A stretch of DNA of 63,529 nucleotides, the filler included, from Octopus bimaculoides (taxonomy: Eukaryota): NCBI RefSeq assembly GCF_001194135.2. It is 3 parts of 3 records of this genome, joined end to end, with 100 filler letters (N's around TTAATTAATTAA, not from the genome) between each part and the next. Parts side by side here need not be neighbours in the genome. Positions count along the whole stretch, not along the records: positions 1 to 28,400 come from NC_068988.1; 2 more parts are not named here. One strand, 5' to 3'. The first letter of the stretch is position 1; each line of letters opens with the position of its first letter. Shown piece by piece: positions 1 to 11,666 of this stretch. The position numbers and the translations under genes were made by a program. Under the pieces are notes generated by a model. The model did no database searches. It was not told the DNA's origin and saw nothing but the letters and a program-made list of their open reading frames with translations.

Positions 1-1190
1 TATATATATATATACCAAACTCATTCATTATTTAATACATGGAGAGCATTTAATTAAATATAATACCCACAATGGTATATTGTTGCTTGTTTTTAATTTG
101 TCCGGCATTTGGCATTTCAATTACAGAATTTTTTTTTGTAGTAATTGGCTAATATTACGTTGGGAAAGAAGTGAGCGCGATTCTGTTTTGCAATATATGT
201 GATGTATCAAAATCATTTCTCTACATAAAACCATCTCTGGATTTCTAATTTATTGTTACCGTGATAAGAAAAATAACGAACGTACATTTCGAATCTCATT
301 TACATTGCGCTCTCTCACCCATCCTATTATTTTTCCTTTATTCACATATCATGGTAGACAGCAGTGATGGTGAGAATATGGATCGGAACCAGAGTTTATA
401 TATTTAACAATAAGAAGTTGAAATTAAATTGGAAATTCAATACAATTAAAGGAGAAATAAACAACAAAAATATAGACAATTTTTCATCTATTGTAAAAGA
501 GAAAATCAATATAAATTAACATGTTATCTAAAATTTCCAAGAGGATATTTAGTAGTGTAGAGAAGAAATTGCCTAATATATGATGTTACTACTGCTTTTA
601 CAAGTGTACCATTTAATTGGTAGACTTTAATTTAGTAATCCAAGATAAATTACTAAATTAACCAATCCATAACACACATGGTTTGAATACCAAATTTTTG
701 GCATTGGTCCATATTGATCAAGGAGACGGAGTGTATTACATCCTAGCCGAGTCCATTCTGCTCGTCCCTATTTACAAGGCTTCCAAGAACACATCTGTTT
801 TCCATTTTAGAAATGATGGCTCTAATATGGGGTACGTTGGTGGTCTGTCAATATGTTGAAGACTGTAATTGGTTAGAAGTTACTTGTTGGTTGTTCACTT
901 CCTTCATCAGCTGCCGCATTACATATAATAGTGGCAGTAAGTCATTAAACGATAAGTTTAAGTTATTTAATCCTCGTAGTATTTGCATGCTCACTCGTAC
1001 AAGTTAGAATGAAATTGACACTCTTTGTTTTCAGTTATTCCATGTTGAAGGTGATAAGACGTATCCAAGTAGGTATTATTAACAGGTTTGGTAAGCGTTT
1101 ATTAAGGAAATCAAGGCAAGTATCTTTATAAGGGAAATGACGCATGTGTCAGCCTCGGTTAATCAAACATAGAAATTAAAGTCATTCCAG

Positions 1191-1390
1191 CCCTCATGTC
1201 AGCTCTACTACATTCCTACGTACAGTGTCCAAAACTACACTCAACCATATGTCATACTCATTTAATCTCGACCAGTAAAAATCTGACAAAATCTAGCCAG
1301 AGTCCAATGTCTCAATATATTTTGTTGAGACAGGAGGATGTAAATTTCAGGGAAATTATTCTTGCTCATCTCAGAGAACGAGGGACCATG
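1191..1390 (+). CDS. Candidate internal exon, unknown protein (..QEDVNFREIILAHLRERGTM)
   Basis: TCATTCCAG acceptor, 200-nt open frame, ATG|GTAAGA donor. No homology recognised. Confidence 0.25.
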
Positions 1391-1677
1391 GTAAGATGCT
1401 TTTATTCACTACGGAGCATTTTTACAGTCGAATATATTGTGTGATAGATGAGAGGAACAGGAAAGTTTCTAGTTTTGATAGAAGAACGATAAGTGATTGC
1501 ATAATGTTGTTACTTGATAGTGTAACTATGAGAGATGGTTTATTTTGTAGTTTTATTCAGAATGTGTAGCTGTTATCTCGAAAAATGTGAATATTAAAGA
1601 TTTATTACTAGAAGTACTTGAAAAATTGGCAGTCAGCAATAGCTGATTTGGAAAAAGAGGGGAGAGAGAAAGAGAGA

Positions 1678-1736
<59 letters not shown>

Positions 1737-1939
1737 GAGGGAAACTAACTGAAAAACTTTACTGCTATAATGACAAGCAAACATGAGTTATGACATATTT
1801 ATATACGACATGAGTTAGAACTTTAATATTTTGAAATGAATTGGAATACTGGACATCTAGTGATGAATATTGTGAAATAAATGAGTGAGGGATAGTTCGT
1901 AATACAGGAAGGCAAATTCGCAGCCATATTGTTTTTCAG

Positions 1940-1993
1940 TCCGATTGTCAATGGCTTCGAGTATTTCTTAAAATGAATCGCAATCACTTTGAG
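1940..1993 (+). CDS. Candidate exon SDCQWLRVFLKMNRNHFE
   Basis: GTTTTTCAG acceptor, 54 nt, phase 0-0, GAG|GTAATA donor; phase-compatible with 1191-1390. Confidence 0.27.
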
Positions 1994-2001
1994 GTAATAT
2001 A

Positions 2002-3274
2002 CATGGTGCGTAAGATATTTGAGGACAGATTTATGTCTATAAAAACAAAATAAAACAGATATACAATAACATATAGTAACTTTATTTATCAAAAAGCGCT
2101 ATGAGGATAAAAATAAATCTTCTTTTCTATAATTTTATTCACTAAGGCCGCATTCAGCTTCAACAAATGCTTCCATATGAGATCTAAATCATCTACATGC
2201 TCGATTCAAGTGGTAGTGGTTCATTTTGGACATTATTCTGACTATGGCAGCTTTCAAAGAATCTTTGGTGTTGTGGGCATGTTCACTGATCTCTCTCTCA
2301 ACAACGCTCCACATGTAATAGCCCAATGGATTGAGATGTGGGGAATTAGGAGGCCATATTTTAGGGGTTATGTGATCATAAAAACTTTCAGCCAATCAGT
2401 CCTATATTGTTAGAGCCATGTGTAATAGTGCAGAGTTTTACTGGAACACATATGGCCTTCCATTGCAATACAGTGTTTATCCAGGGATTAACAATTATTT
2501 CCAGGACTTCAATGTAGGCGGTAGAGTTAACTCTAAGGCCTTGTGGAAAGAAGTAAGGAGGCATTACATGTCCTTCATTGCTGACAGCACCTAAAACCAT
2601 GACAGTTGCAGAAAATTGTGTATGCATAACACTTGGACCTGCAGGAGTGTCTGCACATAACTATCTGTCATTTCTTCTGTTAACTTGTTGATATCGGTCG
2701 AAGTTTTTCTTGTTTGAGAAAAAACAAACCAAATCTTCTGCTGGATTTTTCAGTTTGATTAAAAGCCTTTTAGTTCTGATGTTGTGATCTTCTTTTGCTT
2801 TTTCTGACAAATTGACATTTTCTCATGATATAAAATTCATGCCTGATGTCTTCGTGGAGAACATTTCTGACTGTTCCTTCTGACACATGGAAATCTTTTC
2901 CAAGTGAGCGCATGGATTCCTGGGATTGTAATCAATGGTCAGTTGAACTTGCTGGAAAAACTTCAGGTGTTCAGATGATTTCAGAGCATTTAGAATGTTT
3001 TTTTATGCTTTGATACTGGTGATACATTTCCATCTCCAGTTTCTAGCTCCTTACAAACTTTGTAGACGAAAGATCTGGCAACTTTTGAAAATCGAGATAC
3101 TTCTAAATCGCTATGCTCAGCCTTAATAACCGCAATGACAGGATGCCTCTTCATTTCTTGGGTAAGCTGAGCGTTTGTTATTATTATTTTCTAAAAGAAA
3201 GATTATACAGAGTTAGCAAAACAATGCAACACTGACTCAAAAAAGGTATGTACTCAAATATCTTACGCACCCTG
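2002..3274 (-). mobile_element. Full-length DD37D (maT) Tc1/mariner DNA transposon, inactive
   Basis: TIRs CA(T/G)GGTGCGTAAGATATTTGAG(G/T)ACA at 2002-2027 and inverted at 3249-3274 (24/26 identical), TA on both flanks (2000-2001, 3275-3276); internal transposase remnant. Confidence 0.92.
2135..3160 (-). pseudogene. maT-type transposase pseudogene
   Basis: Minus-strand translation gives FFSNKKNF ... ATVMVLGAVSNEGHVMPPYFFPQGLRVN ... RPYVFQ*NSA ... WPPNSPHLNPLGYYMW ... EAFVEAE; 37 residues between the D2 and D3 positions; stops and frameshifts; the three catalytic Asp positions read N, N, G. 5' boundary approximate. Confidence 0.88.
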
Positions 3275-4302
3275 TACAGACAGGTGTTCAATAAGATAAT
3301 TTCTATCTATATACCATCACAGGAAAATTCATTTACAGTTTCAAGATTTCCTAAATTAGTATTATTCTTATTTTCAGATAGCAATATAATTAAAGTAAAC
3401 TAAGTTTTACCATTATATCTCGTTGAAACCGCAGAGTTTTTTGTTTGTGCCATTATGCTGTACAGAAGATTGCTTTCATTTTTACTATAATGTTTTCCAA
3501 TGGAATCGTTGTATCTATGATATTCACTGCCCAAGCATTTCCTTGATGACGACAAATATCATATATAATATATGTGAAAATCACAAACAAGAGATTTAAC
3601 TAAGTGAAAAATCTTATATGTAATATGAAATTCGAAAATATAAACGACATAAAGAAATCGTTTTTATTTCCTTCCGAAGATTAAATTAACAGGAAATCTT
3701 TTTTCGTGACGAACATTCTCTACATATATCACGACTAATACAAACCCGCTTCTGAGCGCAAGAGTTTATGCATGTTTTTCTAATGTTTGTGAACAAAGCA
3801 GCCTACCTAAATATTGCTGATTTGGTTTTAACAAGGGATATAAAACAAAAAAGAAAATAACATAGCTGGATGGAGTGAACACTGACTTAACAACATACAA
3901 CTCAAGTCGTGACTTAGAATCTAATATCAAATAAAGTAGGGCCATGAAAATAAATTAAAAACTACAAATAATGAATTATTATCACATGATAATATTAATT
4001 AGATAATGTTGTTTTACATCGAAGAAAATGAGATAAAATACCAAAAAATGTAAACTAACAACATTAATGTGTTAGCATTAAAGCAAATATTATGGAGTAT
4101 AGAGAACTTTATAAAGAATAGGGCTGTAAGAACATATGTAAAAAGGTGAGAATAGTTGATTTAAATATTGAAAACCTAACCTCAATAACAGAGAGGTAGA
4201 GAGGATTGAACATTGGTTAATTAAAAGATACAAAAGTAGGATGACAACGCAAAAATTTGTCTGTGTGTCTATAGATATATTTATATATGTATATACATAT
4301 AA

Positions 4303-4632
4303 AGCGCACGGCTCAGTGGTTTGAGCGATGAGCTTACGATCGTGAGATTGTGAGTTCGATTCCCGAACCGGGCTGCGTGTTGTGTTCTTGAGCAAGACAC
4401 TTTATTTCACTTTGCTTTAGTTAACTCAGCGGTAGAAATGAGTTGCGACATCACTGGGGCCAAGGTGCATCGGATTTTGCCTTTCCCTTGGATAACATCG
4501 GTGGCATGGAGAGGGGAGGCCGGTATGCATGGGCGACTGCTGGCCTTCCATAAACAACCTTGCCCGGACTTGTGCCTCCGAGGGTAACTTTCTAGGTGCA
4601 TTCCGATGGTCATTCATGACCGAAGGGGGTCT
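4303..4632 (+). mobile_element. tRNA-derived SINE, family D (CORE-like)
   Basis: A-box-like GGCTCAGTGG, B-box GTTCGATTCC, CORE-like GTGTTCTTGAGCAAGACACTT; its 3' part recurs inverted at 37795-37890. Confidence 0.8.
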
Positions 4633-4802
4633 CCTCCTCCTCCTGTCTGACGATCAGTTACGTGCAACATTGAGTAACAGTTTGTTAAGTCTTTTTAGCC
4701 TGTCTGTGCCTCTCTGTCTTTTTATCTCGCTATCATCTGTCTATCTATCTATCTCTCTATATGTGTGTTTGTACATACGTGTATGTTCGTATGTATGAAC
4801 CA

Positions 4803-4850
<48 letters not shown>

Positions 4851-6143
4851 TGTGTGTGTGTATGTGAAATGAGGTGAGATACCAGCATCTCGAATATATA
4901 ACACTGAGTCGAAATACAAGGATAACTCCCATATATTTTTCTGCCTTTATTTCTGTAGTTCAAGTGAAACACTAGTTTCGGTCGAATACCATCGTTCACT
5001 GGAACCAAAGTGGGATTTGATTCTCTGTAATTACTGAAGTGGGTAGATATAGAAGCTCAATGTCTACACATCTTACCCTACTGTCTTGAAGGATACAGAT
5101 TATATTGGACATGAAGAATTCAAATGCAAGATGGTTTTGACTACATGTTTTAATTATCATTAAAAATTAGTTATTTCTCTCATCAAATACCTCCAATCTG
5201 TTCACGATTAAAGATATATAAGGTATTAAAATTATGTTATATTCCTATCGGCTCTTCCGTAAAAGCTATCGCTATGGTATTTTAAATGAATGTATGCATC
5301 ATCTTTTGGTTATGAAAATATATCAATATCTTTATCAGCGTTGTCACTATGGCCATCTTACTCAGGCAATACGAAAGTATTTGAACGAGATCTATGAATG
5401 TTTTTGTAGTTATGTATCCATTGTCTCCAATAGAAGCTGAGCATTTGAAACAAAGAATGAAACTACATACAACAATCCACCATTGTGCTTATCACGTTCT
5501 TAACTTGTTTTTTCTTACGCAAGCCACTAACTCTTAATCTTTGGTAGTTATTATATTCCTTTCTTCACCGGTATGTATGTATGTATGTATGTATGTATGT
5601 ATGTATGTATATATGTATACATGTACGCACATATACGCATCCATTCAAGATTGTATGTATGTGCACATATACCTAGTGGATACAAAATCAAACACTCACA
5701 TATAAATACACAAATGTTATGCCTATTCTTTTTTATACGCCAATGAAAGGAAACATCATCCTCACCGTCCGCACCGCCCCCTCCTCGTTCTCATTCTCAT
5801 CATCGTCATCATCATCATCCTCATCGTCGTCGTCGTCGTCGCCATCATCATCAATGCTAACACGGCAACAATCACATTCTTTTACTCGCAAAAACTTGCA
5901 CACAGTGCATCATGTTCCCGATTGAAAAAAATAAACGTACGGAGTATTGTAAATAATGTCTTTTTTCCAAAATTCAAGATGATATTTCAGTAGAAAACTT
6001 TATGTAAGTCAACTTGACAGAGGTACATCACATTCATATTAACGCAGGACTCAAGAAATCCACTTTGTATGCATATAGAAGATATAAACACAGATTACCA
6101 CATGCGCATAAACACACATCTACATCTAAATATATGTATCGAT

Positions 6144-6312
6144 AGGCGGATACGTGACTGCGTGGTAAGAAGCTTGGTTGCCAGAAGCTTGCATACTCCG
6201 TGCTCAATCCCACTGCGGGGCAACTTGGGCAGGTGTTTTCTACTATAGCCTCGAGTCGAACAAAGCCTTAGGAGGCAATTTGTTAGACAGAGACTGAACT
6301 AAGCCCGTCGTA
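6144..6312 (+). mobile_element. tRNA-derived SINE family A, 5' half
   Basis: Matches the repeat seen >12 times in the window (..GTGGTAAGAAGCTT..CCACTGCG..CTTGGGCAAGTG..CTACTATAGCCTCG..), ending in (TA)n. Confidence 0.8.
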
Positions 6313-7228
6313 TATATATATATATATATATATNNNNNNNNNNNNNNNNNNNNNNNNNNNNNNNNNNNNNNNNNNNNNNNNNNNNNNNNNNNNNNNNNNN
6401 NNNNNNNNNNNNNNNNNNNNNNNNNNNNNNNNNNNNNNNNNNNNNNNNNNNNNNNNNNNNNNNNNNNNNNNNNNNNNNNNNNNNNNNNNNNNNNNNNNNN
6501 NNNNNNNNNNNNNNNNNNNNNNNNNNNNNNNNNNNNNNNNNNNNNNNNNNNNNNNNNNNNNNNNNNNNNNNNNNNNNNNNNNNNNNNNNNNNNNNNNNNN
6601 NNNNNNNNNNNNNNNNNNNNNNNNNNNNNNNNNNNNNNNNNNNNNNNNNNNNNNNNNNNNNNNNNNNNNNNNNNNNNNNNNNNNNNNNNNNNNNNNNNNN
6701 NNNNNNNNNNNNNNNNNNNNNNNNNNNNNNNNNNNNNNNNNNNNNNNNNNNNNNNNNNNNNNNNNNNNNNNNNNNNNNNNNNNNNNNNNNNNNNNNNNNN
6801 NNNNNNNNNNNNNNNNNNNNNNNNNNNNNNNNNNNNNNNNNNNNNNNNNNNNNNNNNNNNNNNNNNNNNNNNNNNNNNNNNNNNNNNNNNNNNNNNNNNN
6901 NNNNNNNNNNNNNNNNNNNNNNNNNNNNNNNNNNNNNNNNNNNNNNNNNNNNNNNNNNNNNNNNNNNNNNNNNNNNNNNNNNNNNNNNNNNNNNNNNNNN
7001 NATAAATTATATATATATATATATATAAATTATATATATATATATATATAAAATTTATTAATGAGGGTAGAAATTGATATTAATCAATTAAAATCAGTGG
7101 TCTAGCATATTTAAAAAATCCGAAGATTAAAATTATATTACATACAAAAATAAGAGGAATGACCAGCAAAAGGAATGACCAGCATTGCAAATCGACGGAC
7201 TACGCTGACGATCCTGCAGATATTTACT

Positions 7229-7359
7229 TGTGTTAAGTAGCTTGCTTACCAATCACATGGTCCCGGGTTCAGTTCCACTGCGGGGCATCTTGGGCAAGTG
7301 TCTGCTACTATAGATTCAGGCCGATCAAAGCATTGTGAGTAGATTTATTAGACGGAAAG
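7229..7359 (+). mobile_element. SINE family A, partial
   Basis: CACATGGTCCCGGGTTCAGTTCCACTGCGGGGCATCTTGGGCAAGTG shared with other copies. Confidence 0.8.
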
Positions 7360-7384
7360 TTTATATATATATATACAGGGAGAC

Positions 7385-7418
<34 letters not shown>

Positions 7419-8085
7419 CTACTGATATAAATATATTGTTAGATATTCATACGTATGTCTATATACGTGTGTGTGTGTGTGTGTGTGTGTGCGTGTGCGT
7501 GTGTGCTCGGTCATGCGGGATGGGTGTGAAAACAAACAACAAATTGGTTAGTAATTGAGAATATTTTCGGACAAGGCTGATGCTAAAATCGTAAATCTTC
7601 TATTCATTGTTCGATAGATTGTTTTCTGCGGATATGAAGCGATTAAAGAAAGTTTTTCGTGAGGAGCTTGATATTCAGATTAGATTTACCAAGTTTTCAA
7701 GCCAATTCTATCTTTCCCTTCACTTATTTGTCCAACGTTTCTTGTCAAGGAAAAATTGCATATTAAATTACTAGACAGCTATTGGTATAATTAAATCAGG
7801 TGTTCTGTTTATTCGCAGGGTAGTTACTAGTTTGAGAAACTCGAATCTATTGGAATAATAGAGTGCAAAAAATAACAGCTCTGAAAATGTGACAGTCGAG
7901 AGTCGAAACTGGTGGAGAACATAAAACAAGATAAAAAGGAAAATGACGATAGATAAATAAGAAATGATATTTATTAAACTTAGATACACAGTATGCCGTC
8001 GACGATAGGTAAATATAATACACGACAGTGCATCCCCGTACGAGCTGATCATTTATGCAATAGTATATCAACAAGTAGCTGACAA

Positions 8086-8310
8086 GAGCTAACAGATTCG
8101 TTAGCACGCCGGGCGAAATTCTTAGCGGTATTTCGTACGCTGTTACGTCATGAGTTCAAATTTCGCCGAGGTCGACTTTGCTTTTCATCCTTTCAGGGTA
8201 GATTAAATAAGTAACAGTTACGCACTGGGGTCGATGTAATCAGTTTGATTCCTTTGTCTGTCCTTATTTGTCCCCTCTATGTTTAGCCCCATGCAGGCAA
8301 TAAAGAAATA
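8086..8310 (+). mobile_element. SINE family B (Meta-domain-like), tail type T1
   Basis: GTTAGCACGCCGGGCGAAAT..GAGTTCAAATTT..GAGGTCGACTTTGC..TTTCATCCTTT..TAAATAAGTA; body resembles the Meta domain of MetaSINE/Sauria-type SINEs (recall, unverified). Confidence 0.8.
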
Positions 8311-9073
8311 AATATAGTCCATAGAAAAAAAAAATTCAAAACAAAAACTATAGACGGCAGCAAATATGACTTGGAATAAAATATGTTATGATAAATGTAT
8401 AATATACTTTTTCATCAAAATTATTTTGTCTATTTTCCAACTGATTAAGGAAGTGAAAGTTGTACATATTTTGCTCATCTGTAATTCAACATTGTGTGTG
8501 TATGTTTCATACCAAACTCTGATTTCAGAAAACGCCAGCAACAGAAGAATTACTATGTAAATGTACATGATTATTTAGAATTGATTAAATTGTATTAGAA
8601 TTAACAATGCCTTTGCTGGCACTTGAAAATTTCTATTTGAAAGGCAGTTTATAGAATGAAAACAATTCATGTTATTATACACAATAATTACAACATTGTA
8701 TATAAACAATGTATTCCTAGTCTTAACGTTTATTTATAATTGAGAGATTTTATGCTTGTTTTTCAAAGTTACCTCCGTACTATATTGCCTTACTTGCTTC
8801 AATGAATCGCTACTTCAAGGCAATAGAACAAGTGGACGAATCAAAAGAGACACTACTGAGAAATAAATTAGTTTCAGAATAGGATTGTTTCTACATTACC
8901 TGTATCGGTCATTCAGAACAAATTTGAAAATATATAGTCATGTAAAGTTGCAACAAATATTTAATGATGCCAGCAGCTTTTGCAAGCCAGCTGCTACACA
9001 TCTCTTTAATTTTTATTGAACAAAGCACTCAGCTTCATATTGACAAAGAGGCAATTTTAAATTTATCAACCAG

Positions 9074-9136
9074 ATTCCTCTTCAAATAAGAGCACCACCA
9101 ACATTGGTCTCCATCAAAGAAATATCTTTCGCTGAG
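9074..9136 (+). CDS. Candidate exon IPLQIRAPPTLVSIKEISFAE
   Basis: CAACCAG acceptor, 63 nt, only phase 0 is open, GAG|GTAATG donor. Confidence 0.25.
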
Positions 9137-9710
9137 GTAATGAATCTTGCAGAAAGTAGAACATACAGTTAGTTGTTGCGCACGAATCAAAGACAGAAAG
9201 CTGATGATGTTTATTGTAAATTTGAATGTTTTCCATGAAATATTTTCACTTCAACGCATCGTTGCAACGAATAAACAAGCTGTAGTATAATCACAAATGC
9301 TTTGCTTTTTTAATCTCCGAACAATAGTCGGTTGCGGAAACCTACGATGTAAAATGTACTATAACCGCGACCATTCCATTTTTCTCGCTTTGTTAATATT
9401 GTGTACAGTAGGCATACAGACTCCAATTTGTGATTTATAGGGTATTTGTAGATATTTCTAGCAGGTTAACCGACCGTACAGTGGCTCATTTTGACACGCT
9501 GCACGATTTACGGATATACACATCTAAACTGGAGCTGACTGTAAAGTCATTCCCAGTTAAGTACAAGTGCAGCGACAAAATTCTATCATAAAGCATATGT
9601 TAAAATACATGTCGAAATGATACTTTGACAAAACCATTGTTTATTCAAGTTCGGTGTTAACATGTTCCAACTTGATAGTAAGCTTTGGATCTTATTATCT
9701 TTGTGCTTGC

Positions 9711-9746
9711 TTCAGTCATTTGACTGCAGTCATACTGGGGCACCAC
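9711..9746 (-). mobile_element. Isolated 3' tail of SINE A / CR1
   Basis: Reverse complement GTGGTGCCCCAGTATGACTGCAGTCAAATGACTGAA matches the tail at 33592-33629 and the CR1 tail at 35289-35327. Confidence 0.6.
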
Positions 9747-9929
9747 TTTCTCAAAGATGATATTATAAGGAGCGTCACGATGCCAATAATCCTTTCTTAT
9801 TTTGGTACAAGGCCTGCAGTTTTGAGAAGTGAATAGGTCGATTACTGGTACCTATTTTATCGACAGCGAGTGGATGTAAGAATACTAATAATAAACGCAC
9901 ATATAGTTCTCTTTCAATTCTTTTACTTT

Positions 9930-10160
9930 AATTAGTTAATAAAATTATTCAATCACTTAACCAATCGATTGCTTGATTGATCGTTCGATCCATCAGTCAG
10001 GTAGATTCGTCAGAGTCCTTTCATCACCATTCACGAACTCATCAATACGTGTGTGTGTTTATATTATACATACGAATGTAGGTGATTGAGTAACTGATGG
10101 AACGGATAATCAAACAATCTATTGGGCATTTGATTAAACGGTTAATCAGTTGACTAATAA
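9930..10160. repeat. Decayed inverted repeat (MITE-like hairpin)
   Basis: ATTAGTTAA..CCAATCGATTGCTTGATT..CCATCAG (~9930-9997) is the imperfect reverse complement of CTGATGG..AATCAAACAATCTATTGG..TTGACTAAT (~10094-10160). Confidence 0.55.
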
Positions 10161-10264
10161 CGAAAAAAGTGAAATAGAACCGGTACAAATGTTTATTATT
10201 GGCATAAAGACTCACAAAAGATACATGAAAATCTGTTTGAACACACAATTTCTCGTTAAAAAAC

Positions 10265-10386
10265 TTGCAGACCATGTACAGATATAGAATCTATAATCTC
10301 TATGTAAATAATATATAGTTAAAATTTGCAGACCATGTACAGATATAGAATCTATAATCTCTATGTAAATAATATATAGTTAAAAT
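10265..10386. repeat. Exact 61-bp tandem duplication
   Basis: TTGCAGACCATGTACAG...TATAGTTAAAAT at 10265-10325 and 10326-10386. Confidence 0.9.
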
Positions 10387-10805
10387 TTATCAGCTTCAAT
10401 AATTTTGTATCACATGCAGTGAAACGGATAATGTATGGTGTTATACATCGTTATCATCCCTGCTCTTGCTGGTGATAATATCAATGGTGGCAATGGTGCT
10501 ATTATATAATGGCCCCCAGTATTTGAAAGCGAATTACCGGTGATGTGCTACAGTCAGTTCTATCGCGGGCATCCTATGATCTATATGTAAATAATATATA
10601 GATTATAGGCAAAGTTTACCAGCTTCCATAATTTTGTATCACATGCAGTGAAACGGATAATGTATGGTGTTAGATATCGTTATCATCTTTGCTCTTGTTG
10701 ATGATGATATCAATGGTGGAAGTGGTGCTATTATATAATCGCACCCCAATATATGAAACTGAATTACCGGTGATGTATTAGAGTCAGATCTATTGCTGGC
10801 ATCCT
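10355..10805. repeat. Diverged ~230-bp tandem duplication
   Basis: ATAATTTTGTATCACATGCAGTGAAACGGATAATGTATGGTGTTA and GAATTACCGGTGATGT each occur twice, 230 bp apart (ATCCT at 10571 and 10801). Confidence 0.85.
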
Positions 10806-10902
10806 GTTTTCAAATGAGTCGACTTGTAACTAGATAAATGACCGTCACTGATGTGATTGGTTCTATGGGCCGTGCATTTGTTAACTTTGAGGTTATACAA
10901 GG

Positions 10903-10948
<46 letters not shown>

Positions 10949-10991
10949 GTCAACGAAGTCGTCATCGTCGTCGTCGTCCTCGTCGTCGTCG
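10903..10991. repeat. (CAT)n/(CGT)n microsatellite
   Basis: Direct reading; source of the poly-Asp ORF 10790-11068. Confidence 0.95.
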
Positions 10992-11536
10992 TTATTGAGT
11001 CTCTGGGCTGAGTCGAAATAATGTGGTATGTGTTCCGGATCTTTATGCTCTGATTTCAAATCTCCCAACTGTCAATTTTGTCTTTCATGCGTTCGGAGAT
11101 GATAAAAAAGTGTACTAACGGACGTAGAAGTGCATTTCCAAATTCTAAGGAGCTTTCCGATTACCTTGTAATAAAAGGGAATTGGAAGTATGCGTAGTCG
11201 ATAGCTGTCGCTATATCTTCACTATAAAGGTACATGGATCTATACGAGTCTGATTTTAATCTTTGGAAGAGAGGGCGCTCACGACTGAATAGCGACGAAA
11301 GAAATTTCACAAACGATTAGTTGTATGACCTGGACATTAAAGAAATGATCGATTAGTTGGTTAGATATTTAACCGATTGACTAACAATGAAAGAGTGATA
11401 TTAAAGCTGTACGTGTGTTTATTATTAGTGGTGTAATGACACATCCAAAATACAACAAAATTTGTTCCAATACATGGATGCACATCAAGATCAAGTATCT
11501 TGCAAATCAAATAGGGAAAAAGGAGTGTGTGTGCGA

Positions 11537-11578
<42 letters not shown>

Positions 11579-11594
11579 GTGACAGTTATTCGGT

Positions 11595-11666
11595 AGCCAT
11601 GATAAAACTCCGAGTTTCGGATGCCGGGGTGGGAGCCCACGCCAACATCTCTTCAGTTATCCGGCC
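11595..11666 (-). ncRNA. Type I hammerhead ribozyme motif
   Basis: Minus strand: GGCC-G-GAUAA | CUGAAGA | GAUGUUGG-C-GUGG(GCUC)CCAC-C-CCGGCAUC | C GAAA | ACUC-G-GAGU stem III (sharing A15.1) | GUU cleavage triplet | UUAUC-AU-GGCU. All three stems pair by eye; one extra C before GAAA. Confidence 0.72.

Noticed and set aside
8795-8865. Minus-strand segment with strong acceptor and donor
   Set aside because: Stops in all three frames; not a coding exon, UTR exon not testable.
10265-10805. CRISPR-like array or satellite
   Set aside because: Simple tandem duplications without a repeat-spacer structure; eukaryotic context.
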